Positions 1-9,054 of a stretch of DNA of 64,000 bases are shown piece by piece. The stretch is taken from NCBI GenBank assembly GCA_003134555.1, contig PLBO01000070.1:99226-163225 (forward strand), given 5' to 3'. The notes under the pieces were generated by a model. That model saw only the letters and a program-made list of their open reading frames with translations, did no database searches and had not been told where the DNA came from. The stretch's first letter is position 1. Each line of letters opens with the position of its first letter. Source of the DNA: Actinomycetota bacterium. GTDB taxonomy: Bacteria > Actinomycetota > Acidimicrobiia > IMCC26256 > PALSA-610. A program made the translations under genes and the position numbers.

Positions 1-1990
1 TGGCCGACACCATTCGTCGCCGTGACCGAGCACGTGTAGGACGTCCCGTTCACGAGCGGCGACACGAAGATGGGGCTGCCGACATCGCTCGCGCTGACCG
101 GCGCGCCGCCCGTCGTCGCAACACACGTAGCCGAATACCCGACGATCGGGTCGCCGCCGTTGTCCGCGGGTGGCGAGAACGCCACGGACGCGCCGCTGAC
201 CCCTCTGGTCGCGGTCCCGATCGTCGGAGCATCGGGAACTGTGGCCGGGGTGACGCTCACGGGATCCGAGGCGGTGCCGGTGCCGACCGCGTTGACCGCA
301 CTGACCGTGCAGCTGTAGGTCTCGCCGTTCGTGAGCGGAGAGACGACCAACGGGCTGGCCGCGCCGGACGTCGTTCCCGAGGCACCACCTGCCGACGGCG
401 CGCAGTCCACGACGTAGCCGGTGATCGGGCTGGTGCCGTCGAACGCCGGCGGATCGAACGTGACCGTGACGGCTCCGTCCGAAGGGATCGCGTTGACGTT
501 CTGCGGCGGGTCGGGCAGCGTCGCCGGAGTCACGGCGTTCGACGTGGCCGAAGGCGCGCTGTCACCGGCGGAATTGGTTGCAACCACGCTGCACGTGTAG
601 GTCTTGCCCGGTGTCAGCGCGAGCACGACGATCGGACTCCCGTCGCCCGGCGCGTTGCCCAGGTCGCCGCCGTTCGACGATACGCACGTAGCGGTGAAAC
701 CGAGGACGGCGCTGCCGCCGTCGTTGGTGGCAGGAGTGAACGGAACGGAAATCGAAGAGTCACCCGCGGTGACCGTCCCGATCGTCGGTGCGTCGGGAAC
801 GGTGACGTCGGGCGACACCGAGTTCGACGCGGCTGACGCGCCACTCGTACCGAGCGCGTTCGATGCGGTCACGGAACACGTGTACGTCTTGCCGCTCGAG
901 AGCAGAGACACGACGATCGGGTTCGTCGGGCCCGACGCGCTTCCGCGAACGCCGCCGTCGGACGACAGACACGTAGCGGTGTAACTCGTGATCGGGCTCC
1001 CACCGTCGTTCGCGGGCGGAGCGAAGTCGACCGACACCGAAGTGACGCCGCCGACAGCGACTCCGATCACGGGCGCGTTCGGACGGCGCGCGGGTACGAA
1101 GGCGTTCGAGCTCGCCGACGGAACGCTCGTGCCGAGTGCGGTGTTCGCCGTGACCGAGCACGTGTAGGTCTTGCCGTTCGAAAGTGCCGGCACGACGATC
1201 GGACTGGACGAGCCCGACGCGCCCCCCGCGCCCCCGCCGTTCGACGAGACACACGACGCCAGGTAGCTCGTGATCGGGCTACCACCGTCGTTCGCGGGTC
1301 CGGTGAAGGTCACGGACGCAGACGCGCTCCCCGCGGTTGCCGTGCCGATCGTCGGTGCATCGGGCACGGTGGTCGCCAGGACGATGGTGTTCGAGGCTTC
1401 GGAGACTCCGCCGGAACCGATCACGTTCGTTGCCCAGACCGCGCACGTGTATGTCTTGCCGTCGGTCAGGCCGGTGACCGTGATCGGGCTGGAGGCTCCG
1501 GAGGTCGTGCCCGTCGCGCCGCCGTCCGACGATACGCAGCTTGCGGTGAAGCTCGTGATCGGACGACCGCCGTTCGACACAGGGGGGGTGAAGCTCACCG
1601 ACGCCGTCGCGTTGCCACCCGTCGCAGTTCCGATTGTCGGCGCGCCGGGCACGGTCGCGGGGATGACCGCGTTCGAATTCGCCGAAGGTGCACTCGTACC
1701 GAGACCATTGGTCGCCGTCACGGAACACGTGTAGATCTTGCCGTTCGACAGAGCCGAAACGACGATCGGACTCGACGCGCCCGACGCGATGCCCGCGCCA
1801 CCGCCGTTCGACGAGAAACACGTCGCGTCGTAGCTCGTAATCGCGTTGCCGCCGTCGTTCACCGGAGCGGTGAACGACACGGAGATCGATGCCACGCCGG
1901 CCGTCGCGGGACCGATTGTCGGTGGATCCGGGACAGTCGCCGCGCCGGCGGGAATCCCCGTCGCGACGAGGCCGACGACCGCGAGCACGG
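1..1990. repeat. Tandem coding repeats of about 280-290 bp (7 diverged FN3 units)
   Basis: Recurrent plus-strand landmarks: CACGTGTA (reverse complement of the Y-T-C codons) near 31, 590, 878, 1158, 1443 and 1727, and CAGCTGTA near 313. CCGATCGTCGG-like strings (reverse complement of PTIG) occur near 217, 778, 1345, 1630 and 1912. Copies are diverged, not identical. Confidence 0.7.
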
Positions 1991-2075
1991 CGGGGAGCAC
2001 GCGCTTCGACCATCGCGCTACGCCACCGCGTACCGACCGACCCGGAATTCCGCTCGCGAGCGTTGCAGCAGCCAT
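1..2075 (-). CDS. Secreted/cell-surface protein of tandem fibronectin type III (FN3) domains; N-terminal part only, gene runs off the left edge
   Basis: Absent from the ORF track because it has no stop in the window. My translation of the minus frame from ATG at 2075 gives MAAATLASGIPGRSVRGGVARWSKRVLPAVLAVVGLVATGIPAGAATVPDPPTIG..., a basic then hydrophobic signal/anchor. It is followed by about 95-aa units with the pattern TVPDAPTIG..SVSF..P..DGGS.I..Y.A.C.S..GG....SPI.V..L.NGK.Y.C.V.A.N..G. The frame stays open to position 3 (...PLVNGTSYTCSVTATNGVG). Confidence 0.8.
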   Translation of the reverse strand, partial: MAAATLASGIPGRSVRGGVARWSKRVLPAVLAVVGLVATGIPAGAATVPDPPTIGPATAGVASISVSFTAPVNDGGNAITSYDATCFSSNGGGAGIASGASSPIVVSALSNGKIYTCSVTATNGLGTSAPSANSNAVIPATVPGAPTIGTATGGNATASVSFTPPVSNGGRPITSFTASCVSSDGGATGTTSGASSPITVTGLTDGKTYTCAVWATNVIGSGGVSEASNTIVLATTVPDAPTIGTATAGSASASVTFTGPANDGGSPITSYLASCVSSNGGGAGGASGSSSPIVVPALSNGKTYTCSVTANTALGTSVPSASSNAFVPARRPNAPVIGVAVGGVTSVSVDFAPPANDGGSPITSYTATCLSSDGGVRGSASGPTNPIVVSLLSSGKTYTCSVTASNALGTSGASAASNSVSPDVTVPDAPTIGTVTAGDSSISVPFTPATNDGGSAVLGFTATCVSSNGGDLGNAPGDGSPIVVLALTPGKTYTCSVVATNSAGDSAPSATSNAVTPATLPDPPQNVNAIPSDGAVTVTFDPPAFDGTSPITGYVVDCAPSAGGASGTTSGAASPLVVSPLTNGETYSCTVSAVNAVGTGTASDPVSVTPATVPDAPTIGTATRGVSGASVAFSPPADNGGDPIVGYSATCVATTGGAPVSASDVGSPIFVSPLVNGTSYTCSVTATNGVG

Positions 2076-2306
2076 CGGATTCCCCCGAGTAGAAGGTGAG
2101 AAGCGTTCCGGTCGCACTCCGACGTATGAATGCCGACGCGATCGCGCGGACCCTAGGCGCACTGTTGAGTCGCGTCCAGCGAATGACCGGCGACGATTGT
2201 CTGTCACCGGCGATTCCTCGCTCTCCGTGACATTGGGTCGTCGGATAGCAGTCCCATCGGCGACTACTTCAACCAGCCGACGCACGAGTGCCAGAATGCC
2301 CGGCCG

Positions 2307-3074
2307 ATGGACGATCTTCGCTTCGACGGTCAGGCTGTGATCGTCACGGGTGGGTGTCGCGGGATCGGGCGCGGGATCGCACAACGTTTCGGGGAGGCGG
2401 GTGCGCACGTGCTTGTTTGCTGCCGCTCCGAGCCGGAGTCGCTACCCGAGGGAGTCGCGTTCTTGGCCGCCGATGTCCGCGAGCCGGAACAGATCGACTC
2501 GGTGGTCGACGCGTGCGTGCAGCGGTTCGGCCGCGTCGACGTCCTGGTGAACAACGCGGGCGGATCGCCGCCTGCCGACTCGGCGACTGCGTCGCCCCGC
2601 TTCACCTCGGGGATCATCGCCTTGAACCTGATCGCACCGATCGTGTTCGCGCAGAGGGCCAACGCGGTGATGCAAAACCAGGATCTCGGCGGGTCGATCG
2701 TCAACATCGCGAGCGTGAGCGGCGTGCGGCCGTCACCGGACACGCTCGCCTACGGCGCGGCGAAAGCGGGATTGCTCAACGCGACGCAGACGATGGCGGT
2801 GGAGTTCGCGCCCAAGGTGCGGGTCAACGCCGTGGTCGTGGGCCTGGTCGTCACCGAGCAGGCGCACCTCTTCTACGGTGACGACGCGGGGATCGCGGCG
2901 GTCGGGGCGACGGTGCCGCTCGGGCGAATGGCCGACCCGACCGATGTCGCTGATGTTTGCCTGTTCCTCGCATCGCCACTTGCCCGCTACGTCACCGGCG
3001 CGGACGTGCTCGTGCACGGCGGTGGTGAACGGCCGGCGTACATCGACGCCGCGAAGGGAACCGGGCGCGACTGA
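2307..3074 (+). CDS. Short-chain dehydrogenase/reductase (SDR)
   Basis: 255 aa. Motifs TGGCRGIG (cofactor loop), NNAG, and YGAAKAG (catalytic YxxxK). Confidence 0.9.
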   Translation: MDDLRFDGQAVIVTGGCRGIGRGIAQRFGEAGAHVLVCCRSEPESLPEGVAFLAADVREPEQIDSVVDACVQRFGRVDVLVNNAGGSPPADSATASPRFTSGIIALNLIAPIVFAQRANAVMQNQDLGGSIVNIASVSGVRPSPDTLAYGAAKAGLLNATQTMAVEFAPKVRVNAVVVGLVVTEQAHLFYGDDAGIAAVGATVPLGRMADPTDVADVCLFLASPLARYVTGADVLVHGGGERPAYIDAAKGTGRD

Positions 3075-4030
3075 TGCGCATCGTCGTCTTCGGTGCCGGG
3101 GCGGTGGGCGGCGTCATCGCCGGGCGCTTGTTCGAACACGGTAGTGAGGTCGTTGCGATCGCCCGCGGCGCGCATTTCGAGGCCACGCGCGACAACGGAC
3201 TCAGGCTGGTCGACCCCGACCGCAAGGTGACGCTGCCGATCCCGGTCGTCGATGATCCCGCGCGTGTCGATTGGCGCGACGACGACGTCGTCCTCGTGAC
3301 CACGAAGACGCAGGACTCGGCCGGGGCTCTGAGTGCGCTGGCGGCCGCCGCCGGCCCCGCAGTACCGGTCGTGTGTGTGCAGAACGGCGTTGAGAACGAG
3401 CGCATCGCGTTGCGACGTTTCGAGCACGTCTACGCGATCTGCGTGATGCTGCCCGCGGAGCATCTCGAGCCGGGCGTCGTCGCCGCGTCGTCGGCGCCCG
3501 TCACCGGCCTGCTCGACATCGGTCGCTATCCCGCCGGGCTCGACGACACCGCGCACGCGGTGGCGTCCGCGCTGTCGGGCGCGACATTCGAATCGATCCC
3601 GCGATCCGATGTCATGCGTTGGAAGTACGCGAAGCTGCTGATGAACCTGGGCAACGCCGTGGAAGCGCTGTGCGCTCCGGGTGACGACGCGAATTCGCTC
3701 GCCCGGTTCGCCCGGCGCGAAGGCGCGGCGGTCTTGCGCACGGCGGGTATCGACGTGGCCTCGATCGAGGAGGATCGCGAACGCCGGGGCGATCGCCTGA
3801 CACCCCGCCTCGCGCGGGGTGGGGGATCGACCTGGCAGAGCCTGCGGCGCGGGACGGGCTCACTCGAGACCGACTATCTGAATGGCGAGATTGCGCTCCT
3901 CGCGCGGACGTACGGCGTGGCGAGCCCGGTGAACGCGCAGCTCCAGTCGGCGGCGAACGGGGCCGCCCGGCGCAAGCTCCCTCCGGGCTCGCTGCGAGCA
4001 TCCGACCTGCTCAGGGATGCTGGCTGCTGA
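3074..4030 (+). CDS. 2-dehydropantoate 2-reductase family (ApbA/PanE-like) oxidoreductase
   Basis: 318 aa. N-terminal MRIVVFGAGAVGG Rossmann motif, and C-terminal KYAKLLMNLGNA and STWQSL..G..LETDYLNG motifs typical of the ketopantoate reductase family. Its ATG overlaps the upstream TGA by 1 nt. Confidence 0.8.
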   Translation: MRIVVFGAGAVGGVIAGRLFEHGSEVVAIARGAHFEATRDNGLRLVDPDRKVTLPIPVVDDPARVDWRDDDVVLVTTKTQDSAGALSALAAAAGPAVPVVCVQNGVENERIALRRFEHVYAICVMLPAEHLEPGVVAASSAPVTGLLDIGRYPAGLDDTAHAVASALSGATFESIPRSDVMRWKYAKLLMNLGNAVEALCAPGDDANSLARFARREGAAVLRTAGIDVASIEEDRERRGDRLTPRLARGGGSTWQSLRRGTGSLETDYLNGEIALLARTYGVASPVNAQLQSAANGAARRKLPPGSLRASDLLRDAGC

Positions 4031-4802
4031 CCGACACGATCTCGCCGGTCATGTACGACGCCAGGTCGCTCGCGAGGAAGATGATCACGTTCGCGATCTC
4101 CCAGGGCTCGGCCGCCCGTCCGAACGCTTCGCGCGTCTCGAGCTCCGCGAGTAGCTCCTCCGTCGTCACCTTGGCGAGATGCGGGTGCATCGCGAGCGAC
4201 GGCGCCACCGCGTTCACGCGCACGTTGCTCGGCGCGGCGTCGATTGCCGCGCAGCGCGTCAACGCCATCACGCCCGCCTTCGCGGCCGCGTAGTGCGCCT
4301 GGCCTTCCTGGGCCCTCCAGCCGATGACGGACGCGTTGTTCACGATGGCCCCCGTGCCGCGTTCCGTCATGTGCCGCAACGCGGCGCGCGTCATCCGCAT
4401 CGTGCCCGTGAGCGTCACGTCGAGCACCGAGAACCACTGCTCGTCGGTCATCTCCGTGAGGGTGGCCGTTCCCCCGAGCCCGGCGTTGTTCACGAGCACG
4501 TCGAGCTGCCCGCCGCCGAAGTCGATCGCTTCCGCGACGAGACGTTGCACGTCGTCCTCGACCGCGACGTTGCCGAGCACCGAGTGCGTGTTCGGGCCCA
4601 GTTGTTCGGCCGCCGCGCGCAACCGGCGTTCGTGAATGTCGCTGACGACGACGCGCGCGCCCTCCTCGACCGCGCGCTTCGCGGTCGCGAACCCGATCCC
4701 GGTTCCCGCCGCGGCGGTGACGAGCACCGTCTTACCGCTGAGCAGTCCGCGCCCGGGGGGGTATGCCGGTGGCGTGGGTACGGACGGGGGTGCGTTCGTC
4801 AT
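4011..4802 (-). CDS. SDR family oxidoreductase
   Basis: The track ORF 4011..5507 is over-extended. The real start is ATG at 4802 (MTNAPPSV...). Motifs VTAAAGTGIG, NNAG, YAAAKAG. The start overlaps the stop of the upstream acyl-CoA dehydrogenase (ATGA). Confidence 0.85.
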   Translation of the reverse strand: MTNAPPSVPTPPAYPPGRGLLSGKTVLVTAAAGTGIGFATAKRAVEEGARVVVSDIHERRLRAAAEQLGPNTHSVLGNVAVEDDVQRLVAEAIDFGGGQLDVLVNNAGLGGTATLTEMTDEQWFSVLDVTLTGTMRMTRAALRHMTERGTGAIVNNASVIGWRAQEGQAHYAAAKAGVMALTRCAAIDAAPSNVRVNAVAPSLAMHPHLAKVTTEELLAELETREAFGRAAEPWEIANVIIFLASDLASYMTGEIVSVSSQHP

Positions 4803-5971
4803 CGTGGCTCCTTCGGCAAACCCAGGGCTTGCTCGCCGATCACGTTGCGTTGGATCTGGTTCGTGCCGCCGTAGATGGTGTCGGCGCGCGAGTAGAGGAA
4901 GAGACGGGTCAAGCGGTCGTCGCCGTCGTCGGACGCGATCGCCTTCGCACCCAGCACGTCGACCGCGAGCTCGCCCAAGCCGCGATGGAACGAAGCCCAC
5001 AGCAGCTTGTGGATCGCTGTCGCGGGATCGACCGTGCCGTGCTCGAGCATCGGCAGCGTTCGCAGGGCGTGGAAGCGCATCACCCGCAGCGTGATCCACG
5101 CATCGGCCAGCCGTTGGCGAACGACCGGCTCGTTCGCGAGGCCGTTGGCGCGCGCGAGGTCGGTGATGGTGATCAGCTCGCTCTCGAAGGAGAGCTGCTG
5201 GCCCAGCGTCGATGCGCCGCGCTCGAAGGCGAGCGTTCCCATCGCCACGCGCCAACCGGCGTTGACCTCGCCGACGACGTTGCCGGCCGCGGTCCGCGCG
5301 CCGTCGAAGAACGTCTCGCTGAACTCGCTGTGCCCGGTGATCTGCACGATCGGGCGTATCTCGATACGTCCGGGCTGGTCCATCGGGACGAGCAAGTACG
5401 ACAAACCCTCGTGCTTGGGCGCGGCGCGGTCGGTACGCGCGATCACGAAGATCCACTGCGCCCAATGCGCGAGCGACGTCCACACCTTCTGGCCGTTGAT
5501 CACCCACTCGTCGCCGTCGAGGTCGGCGCGCGTTTGCACGTTCGCCAGGTCGGAGCCGGCGTCAGGCTCCGAGTAGCCCTGGCACCAGATCTCGGTGCCG
5601 CGCAGGATCCCCGGCAGGACGCGGCGTTTCTGCGCGTCGTTTCCGAAGTGCACGACCGTCGGGCCGAGCAGCCCTTCGCCGACGATTCCCACGCGCCCGG
5701 GTCCATACGCGCGCGCGTACTCCTCGTAGAAGATCACCTGTTCGACCAGAGTCGCGCCGCGGCCGCCGTAGTCGGCGGGCCATCCCAAGCCGATCCATGC
5801 GTCGCGACCGAGCTCCTGCTCCCACTCGAGGCGTTCTTCGAACAGCTCGTGCTCGTCGCCCGGTCCGCCGCGCCCGCGCACGACCGCGAACCGACCGTCG
5901 AGACGATCGGTGAGCCAGGCCCGCGCCTCGGCGCGAAAGCGTTCCTGATCGGCGGTGAAGCGCAGGTCCAT
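4799..5971 (-). CDS. Acyl-CoA dehydrogenase (FadE-type)
   Basis: The track ORF 4799..6520 is over-extended. Start is ATG at 5971 (MDLRFTADQERFRAEARAWL). Motifs CQGYSEPDAGSDLA, NGQKVWTS, and C-terminal IYGGTNQIQRNVIGE. Confidence 0.9.
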   Translation of the reverse strand: MDLRFTADQERFRAEARAWLTDRLDGRFAVVRGRGGPGDEHELFEERLEWEQELGRDAWIGLGWPADYGGRGATLVEQVIFYEEYARAYGPGRVGIVGEGLLGPTVVHFGNDAQKRRVLPGILRGTEIWCQGYSEPDAGSDLANVQTRADLDGDEWVINGQKVWTSLAHWAQWIFVIARTDRAAPKHEGLSYLLVPMDQPGRIEIRPIVQITGHSEFSETFFDGARTAAGNVVGEVNAGWRVAMGTLAFERGASTLGQQLSFESELITITDLARANGLANEPVVRQRLADAWITLRVMRFHALRTLPMLEHGTVDPATAIHKLLWASFHRGLGELAVDVLGAKAIASDDGDDRLTRLFLYSRADTIYGGTNQIQRNVIGEQALGLPKEPR

Positions 5972-5996
5972 CGCGAGACGTGACACGCTATCGCGC

Positions 5997-6785
5997 ATGG
6001 AACCCAAGGGCACTGCTGTGGTGACGGGCGCGAGTCGCGGTATCGGGCGCGCGGTCGCGATCGAGCTCGCGGCGCGCGGCTTCGAAACCGTTGCGTCCAT
6101 GCGGAATCCGGCCGACGGCGCCGACCTTTCCGGGATGCGGGTCGAGCGGCTCGACGTCACCGACCCGTCGACGATTGCGCTCCCCGAAGGCTTGCGCGTG
6201 CTCGTCAACAACGCGGGCGTCGAGAGCGACAACCTCCCGGTCGAACACATGCCGATCGAATCGTGGCAACGACTGTTCGCGACCAACGTGTTCGGGCTCG
6301 TCGAGGTGACCAAGCGCGCGGTGCCGATCATGCGCGCCGCCGGAGGAGGGGTCATCTGCAACGTCACGTCTTCGTCGACGTTGGCGCCCGTGCCGTTCCT
6401 CGGCACGTACCGCGCGTCGAAGGCGGCCGTCACCGCAATAGGGGAGTCGCTCGCCGCGGAGGTCGCGCAGTTCGGCATCCGCGTGATCGAGATCATGCCG
6501 GGCCCGATCGAGACCGACATGCTGGCGGCATCCGATCGGCCCCCGGCTGCAGCCGAGCACGTCGAGTACCGCGAGCTCGCCGAACGACTTTGGGAAGGGC
6601 GTCAGGGCATCCGCGATGCGTACACGCCGGCCGACGAAGCGGCGCGCCGGATCGTCGATGCGATCTGCGACGACCACGGGCCGTTGCGTTACGGGTGCGA
6701 CGACCTGAGCGTGGGGATGCTCGCGGGTTGGAACGGCACCGACAACGCGCAATGGGTGCGCGGGATGCTGCGCTCGTTCTCGTGA
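5997..6785 (+). CDS. SDR family oxidoreductase
   Basis: Start moved to ATG 5997 (MEPKGTAVVTGASRGIG). Motifs NNAG and YRASKAA. Confidence 0.8.
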   Translation: MEPKGTAVVTGASRGIGRAVAIELAARGFETVASMRNPADGADLSGMRVERLDVTDPSTIALPEGLRVLVNNAGVESDNLPVEHMPIESWQRLFATNVFGLVEVTKRAVPIMRAAGGGVICNVTSSSTLAPVPFLGTYRASKAAVTAIGESLAAEVAQFGIRVIEIMPGPIETDMLAASDRPPAAAEHVEYRELAERLWEGRQGIRDAYTPADEAARRIVDAICDDHGPLRYGCDDLSVGMLAGWNGTDNAQWVRGMLRSFS

Positions 6786-7261
6786 TCACCGGTCTCGCGC
6801 ACACCGCGTTGCACGTCGCGGATGTCGACGCCGCGGTCGCGTGGTACCGCGACGTGCTGGGTCTCGTGGTGTTGTCGCCGCCGTATCGGATGGAAGGCGA
6901 CGCGATCACGCGCGACATGGGTGAGCTCCTGCCCGAGCCCGTCGTCGTGAAGGCCGCGATCGTCGGCGTCGACGACGGTACCGACCGCGTGATCGAGGTG
7001 ATCGAGTATCCGTCGATGACCACACGCGCGCCGTTGCCGCCCGACGTGACCAGGCTCGGGTTCACGCACGTCGGTCTGTTGTGCGACGACGTCGTAGCCT
7101 GCCGCGCCGTGTTGGAGACGAAAGGCGTGAAGTTCCTCGTCGAAGGGGTGGCCGACGTCGCGGGAGTGCGCACCACGTGGTTCGCCGACCCGTGGCACAA
7201 CGTGTTCATTCTGGTCGAGAAGGTCCGTCGCCCTGATCGCGTGTACTACCGCCAGTACTGA
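6782..7261 (+). CDS. VOC/glyoxalase-bleomycin resistance family protein
   Basis: The track ORF 6263..7261 is over-extended. GTG at 6782 overlaps the upstream TGA (GTGA). Sequence VITGLAHTALHVADVDAAVAWYRDVLGL..., then GFTHVGLLCDD, fits the paired beta-alpha-beta-beta-beta VOC pattern. Confidence 0.7.
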   Translation: MITGLAHTALHVADVDAAVAWYRDVLGLVVLSPPYRMEGDAITRDMGELLPEPVVVKAAIVGVDDGTDRVIEVIEYPSMTTRAPLPPDVTRLGFTHVGLLCDDVVACRAVLETKGVKFLVEGVADVAGVRTTWFADPWHNVFILVEKVRRPDRVYYRQY

Positions 7262-8567
7262 CGTCGGCGCGTTGCAGCTCGTCGCGCGCGAGGAGCGACG
7301 GGAAGAGTCGGCGCAAGCCTGCATCCACGGCGACCGCAGCGAGCAGCACGATGGCGACCTCCGCCCCGGCGCGAAAGCGGGTGAAGCCGTAGGTGACCGC
7401 GACTCCGAGGCTCACACTCAGGGCGAGCGCCATGAGCGGCAAGAGGGTCACGCGTCGCCTCCGGAGAATCACCGCGCCGGCTAGCGCGAAGGGGACCAGC
7501 ACCCAGTAGACGAGGAACCCGAGCTCGATGATGCGATAGCTGGTGTTCCTCCCGACGTCGAGGCGCAGCTGCTGCGGGTACACGCTCCACGTTCTCGCCT
7601 CACGCATGGTGACGACGAGAGGTATGCGAGAGACGTGATTGCGCGCGTAGTCGACGCCGACGTGGAGGAATTGGCCGTCTCGCGTGGCCACGTCGCGTCC
7701 TGTGATCCGACCCTGCAGCAGGTCCGCGGAACTGCACCTCAGGTCCTGGAAGCCCATGTGAGAGCCCGAGTAGGTGAAGGGGCAATTGCTGATGGCAACG
7801 GTCACGCCGAACTCGTTGCCGAGTAGCACGGGTTTGTGGAACCGAGCGGTGTTGTACGCCGCCCAGGGCAGGATCACCACGACCGCCGCGGTAGTAGCCA
7901 GGAGCGCCCACCCGACGCGACGTCGTCGCGGAACGTCTCGGGCAAGAAGTATGAGCGGTATCAGCAGGACGCCGACGAGCAACAACTGTTCGGCGTGCGT
8001 GATGGCGAGCAGGCCGCACGAGAGCCCCAGGGCGACCGCTCGCGCCCGCGTCGGTCGATCACGGAAACGGTACGCGAGCAGCATCGTCAGCGCGGCTGCG
8101 AACAGTGTCAGGGTCTCCGACATCAACTCTCGCTCGTAGAGCCAGAAATTCGGGTACAGCGCCGCGATGCACGCCGCGACGAGCCCGGCGACATTTCCGG
8201 CGAGCCGCCGAGCCGCGAACCCGATCACTACGACCGTCGCCGTGCCGATGAGGCAGGCGATGACTTGCTGCTCGAGCGTCGTGCGAAGCCCGACGAACGC
8301 GGCGCCGATGAGGACGAGTGGCCATCCGGGTGGGTGCGGCGCGGACGCGATGACCTGTCCGGTGAGCAGCTAGGGCTTGGGATCGATGAAACCCTTGCCG
8401 TCGGCGACCAGCGCGGCGATGGCGTGGTAGTAGCGGCCGTCACCGCCGACCTGCCCGCTCGCGATGATGATGTACATCACCCTGAGCACCAGGGCAAAGA
8501 AGGCGTTGAGTGCCAGCCAACGGCCGAACCAGCCCGACGGACGTTTCGCAACAATCGATCCGGACAT
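7206..8567 (-). pseudogene. GT-C fold (PMT_2/ArnT-like, GT39/GT83-type) membrane glycosyltransferase interrupted by one in-frame TAG at 8370-8372
   Basis: Track ORFs 8370..8621 and 7206..8228 are in the same frame. Translating 8229-8369 by hand gives an open continuation: ...GDGRYYHAIAALVADGKGFIDPKP*LLTGQVIASAPHPPGWPLVLIGAAFVGLRTTLEQQVIACLIGTATVVVIGFAARRL... The total is about 453 codons and strongly multi-TM. ATG 8567 lies 1 nt after the GNAT stop. Confidence 0.65.
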
Positions 8568-8568
8568 T

Positions 8569-9045
8569 TCAGAGCGGGTACTCGAGCTCGATCTCGTGAC
8601 GGATCGGGATGCCGTGCGCACCGGCCTCGGGTAGCTCGGGTTTCAGGGCTCGGTGCTCGCTGACCCCGTCGCGATGCCAGGCGACCCAATCCCAACCGGC
8701 TCGCTGGTAGAGGCGGAGCGCGTCGGTGTTGTCGTTCGTCGTTATCAACCAGAGGCGCTTCCATTCGTGTGCGCGCGCGTAGTCGACGACCGCGTCGAGC
8801 AGCGCGGTGCCGGCGCCCGCGCCGCGGTAGGTCGTCACGATCACGGCGAGCTCGGCGTCACCTTCGACCTCGTGCCACAGCGCGCACCCGACGGGGCGGC
8901 CGTCGCTCTCGACGACGAAACCGTCGAGGATGGAAGCGTCTTCGTGCACCCGACCTCGCGAAACGAGCCTCGTCGACGCAAACGCGTTGATGATCGCCTC
9001 GGCGATCCAGGCTCGATCGTCCTGAGTCGCGCGGCGTACGTGCAC
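8569..9045 (-). CDS. GNAT family N-acetyltransferase
   Basis: 158 aa. Acetyl-CoA motif region YRGAGAGTALLDAVVDYARAH, and ...ALRLYQRAGW. Confidence 0.8.
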   Translation of the reverse strand: MHVRRATQDDRAWIAEAIINAFASTRLVSRGRVHEDASILDGFVVESDGRPVGCALWHEVEGDAELAVIVTTYRGAGAGTALLDAVVDYARAHEWKRLWLITTNDNTDALRLYQRAGWDWVAWHRDGVSEHRALKPELPEAGAHGIPIRHEIELEYPL

Positions 9046-9054
9046 ACGCCTAGC

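Noticed and set aside
1-1990. Regular periodicity of about 285 bp, which could be mistaken for a CRISPR array or a non-coding tandem repeat.
   Set aside because: The period is far longer than a CRISPR repeat-spacer unit, the copies are diverged, and the whole region is one open reading frame encoding FN3 domains. It is a coding repeat.
4803-5507. Long N-terminal extensions in the ORF track, for example 4011..5507, 4799..6520, 17532..21020, 15507..16979, 6263..7261, 20561..22165 and 45419..47344.
   Set aside because: The extensions overlap upstream genes and are Arg/Pro-rich. They precede an internal start that has an SD or a stop-overlap and begins a canonical family N-terminus. I trimmed them to the internal starts.
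8370-8372. The in-frame TAG in the glycosyltransferase as a recoded codon (pyrrolysine or programmed read-through).
   Set aside because: There are no pyl genes or PYLIS-like context in the window, TAG is used as an ordinary stop elsewhere here, and actinobacteria are not known to decode UAG. A nonsense mutation or sequencing error is far more likely.
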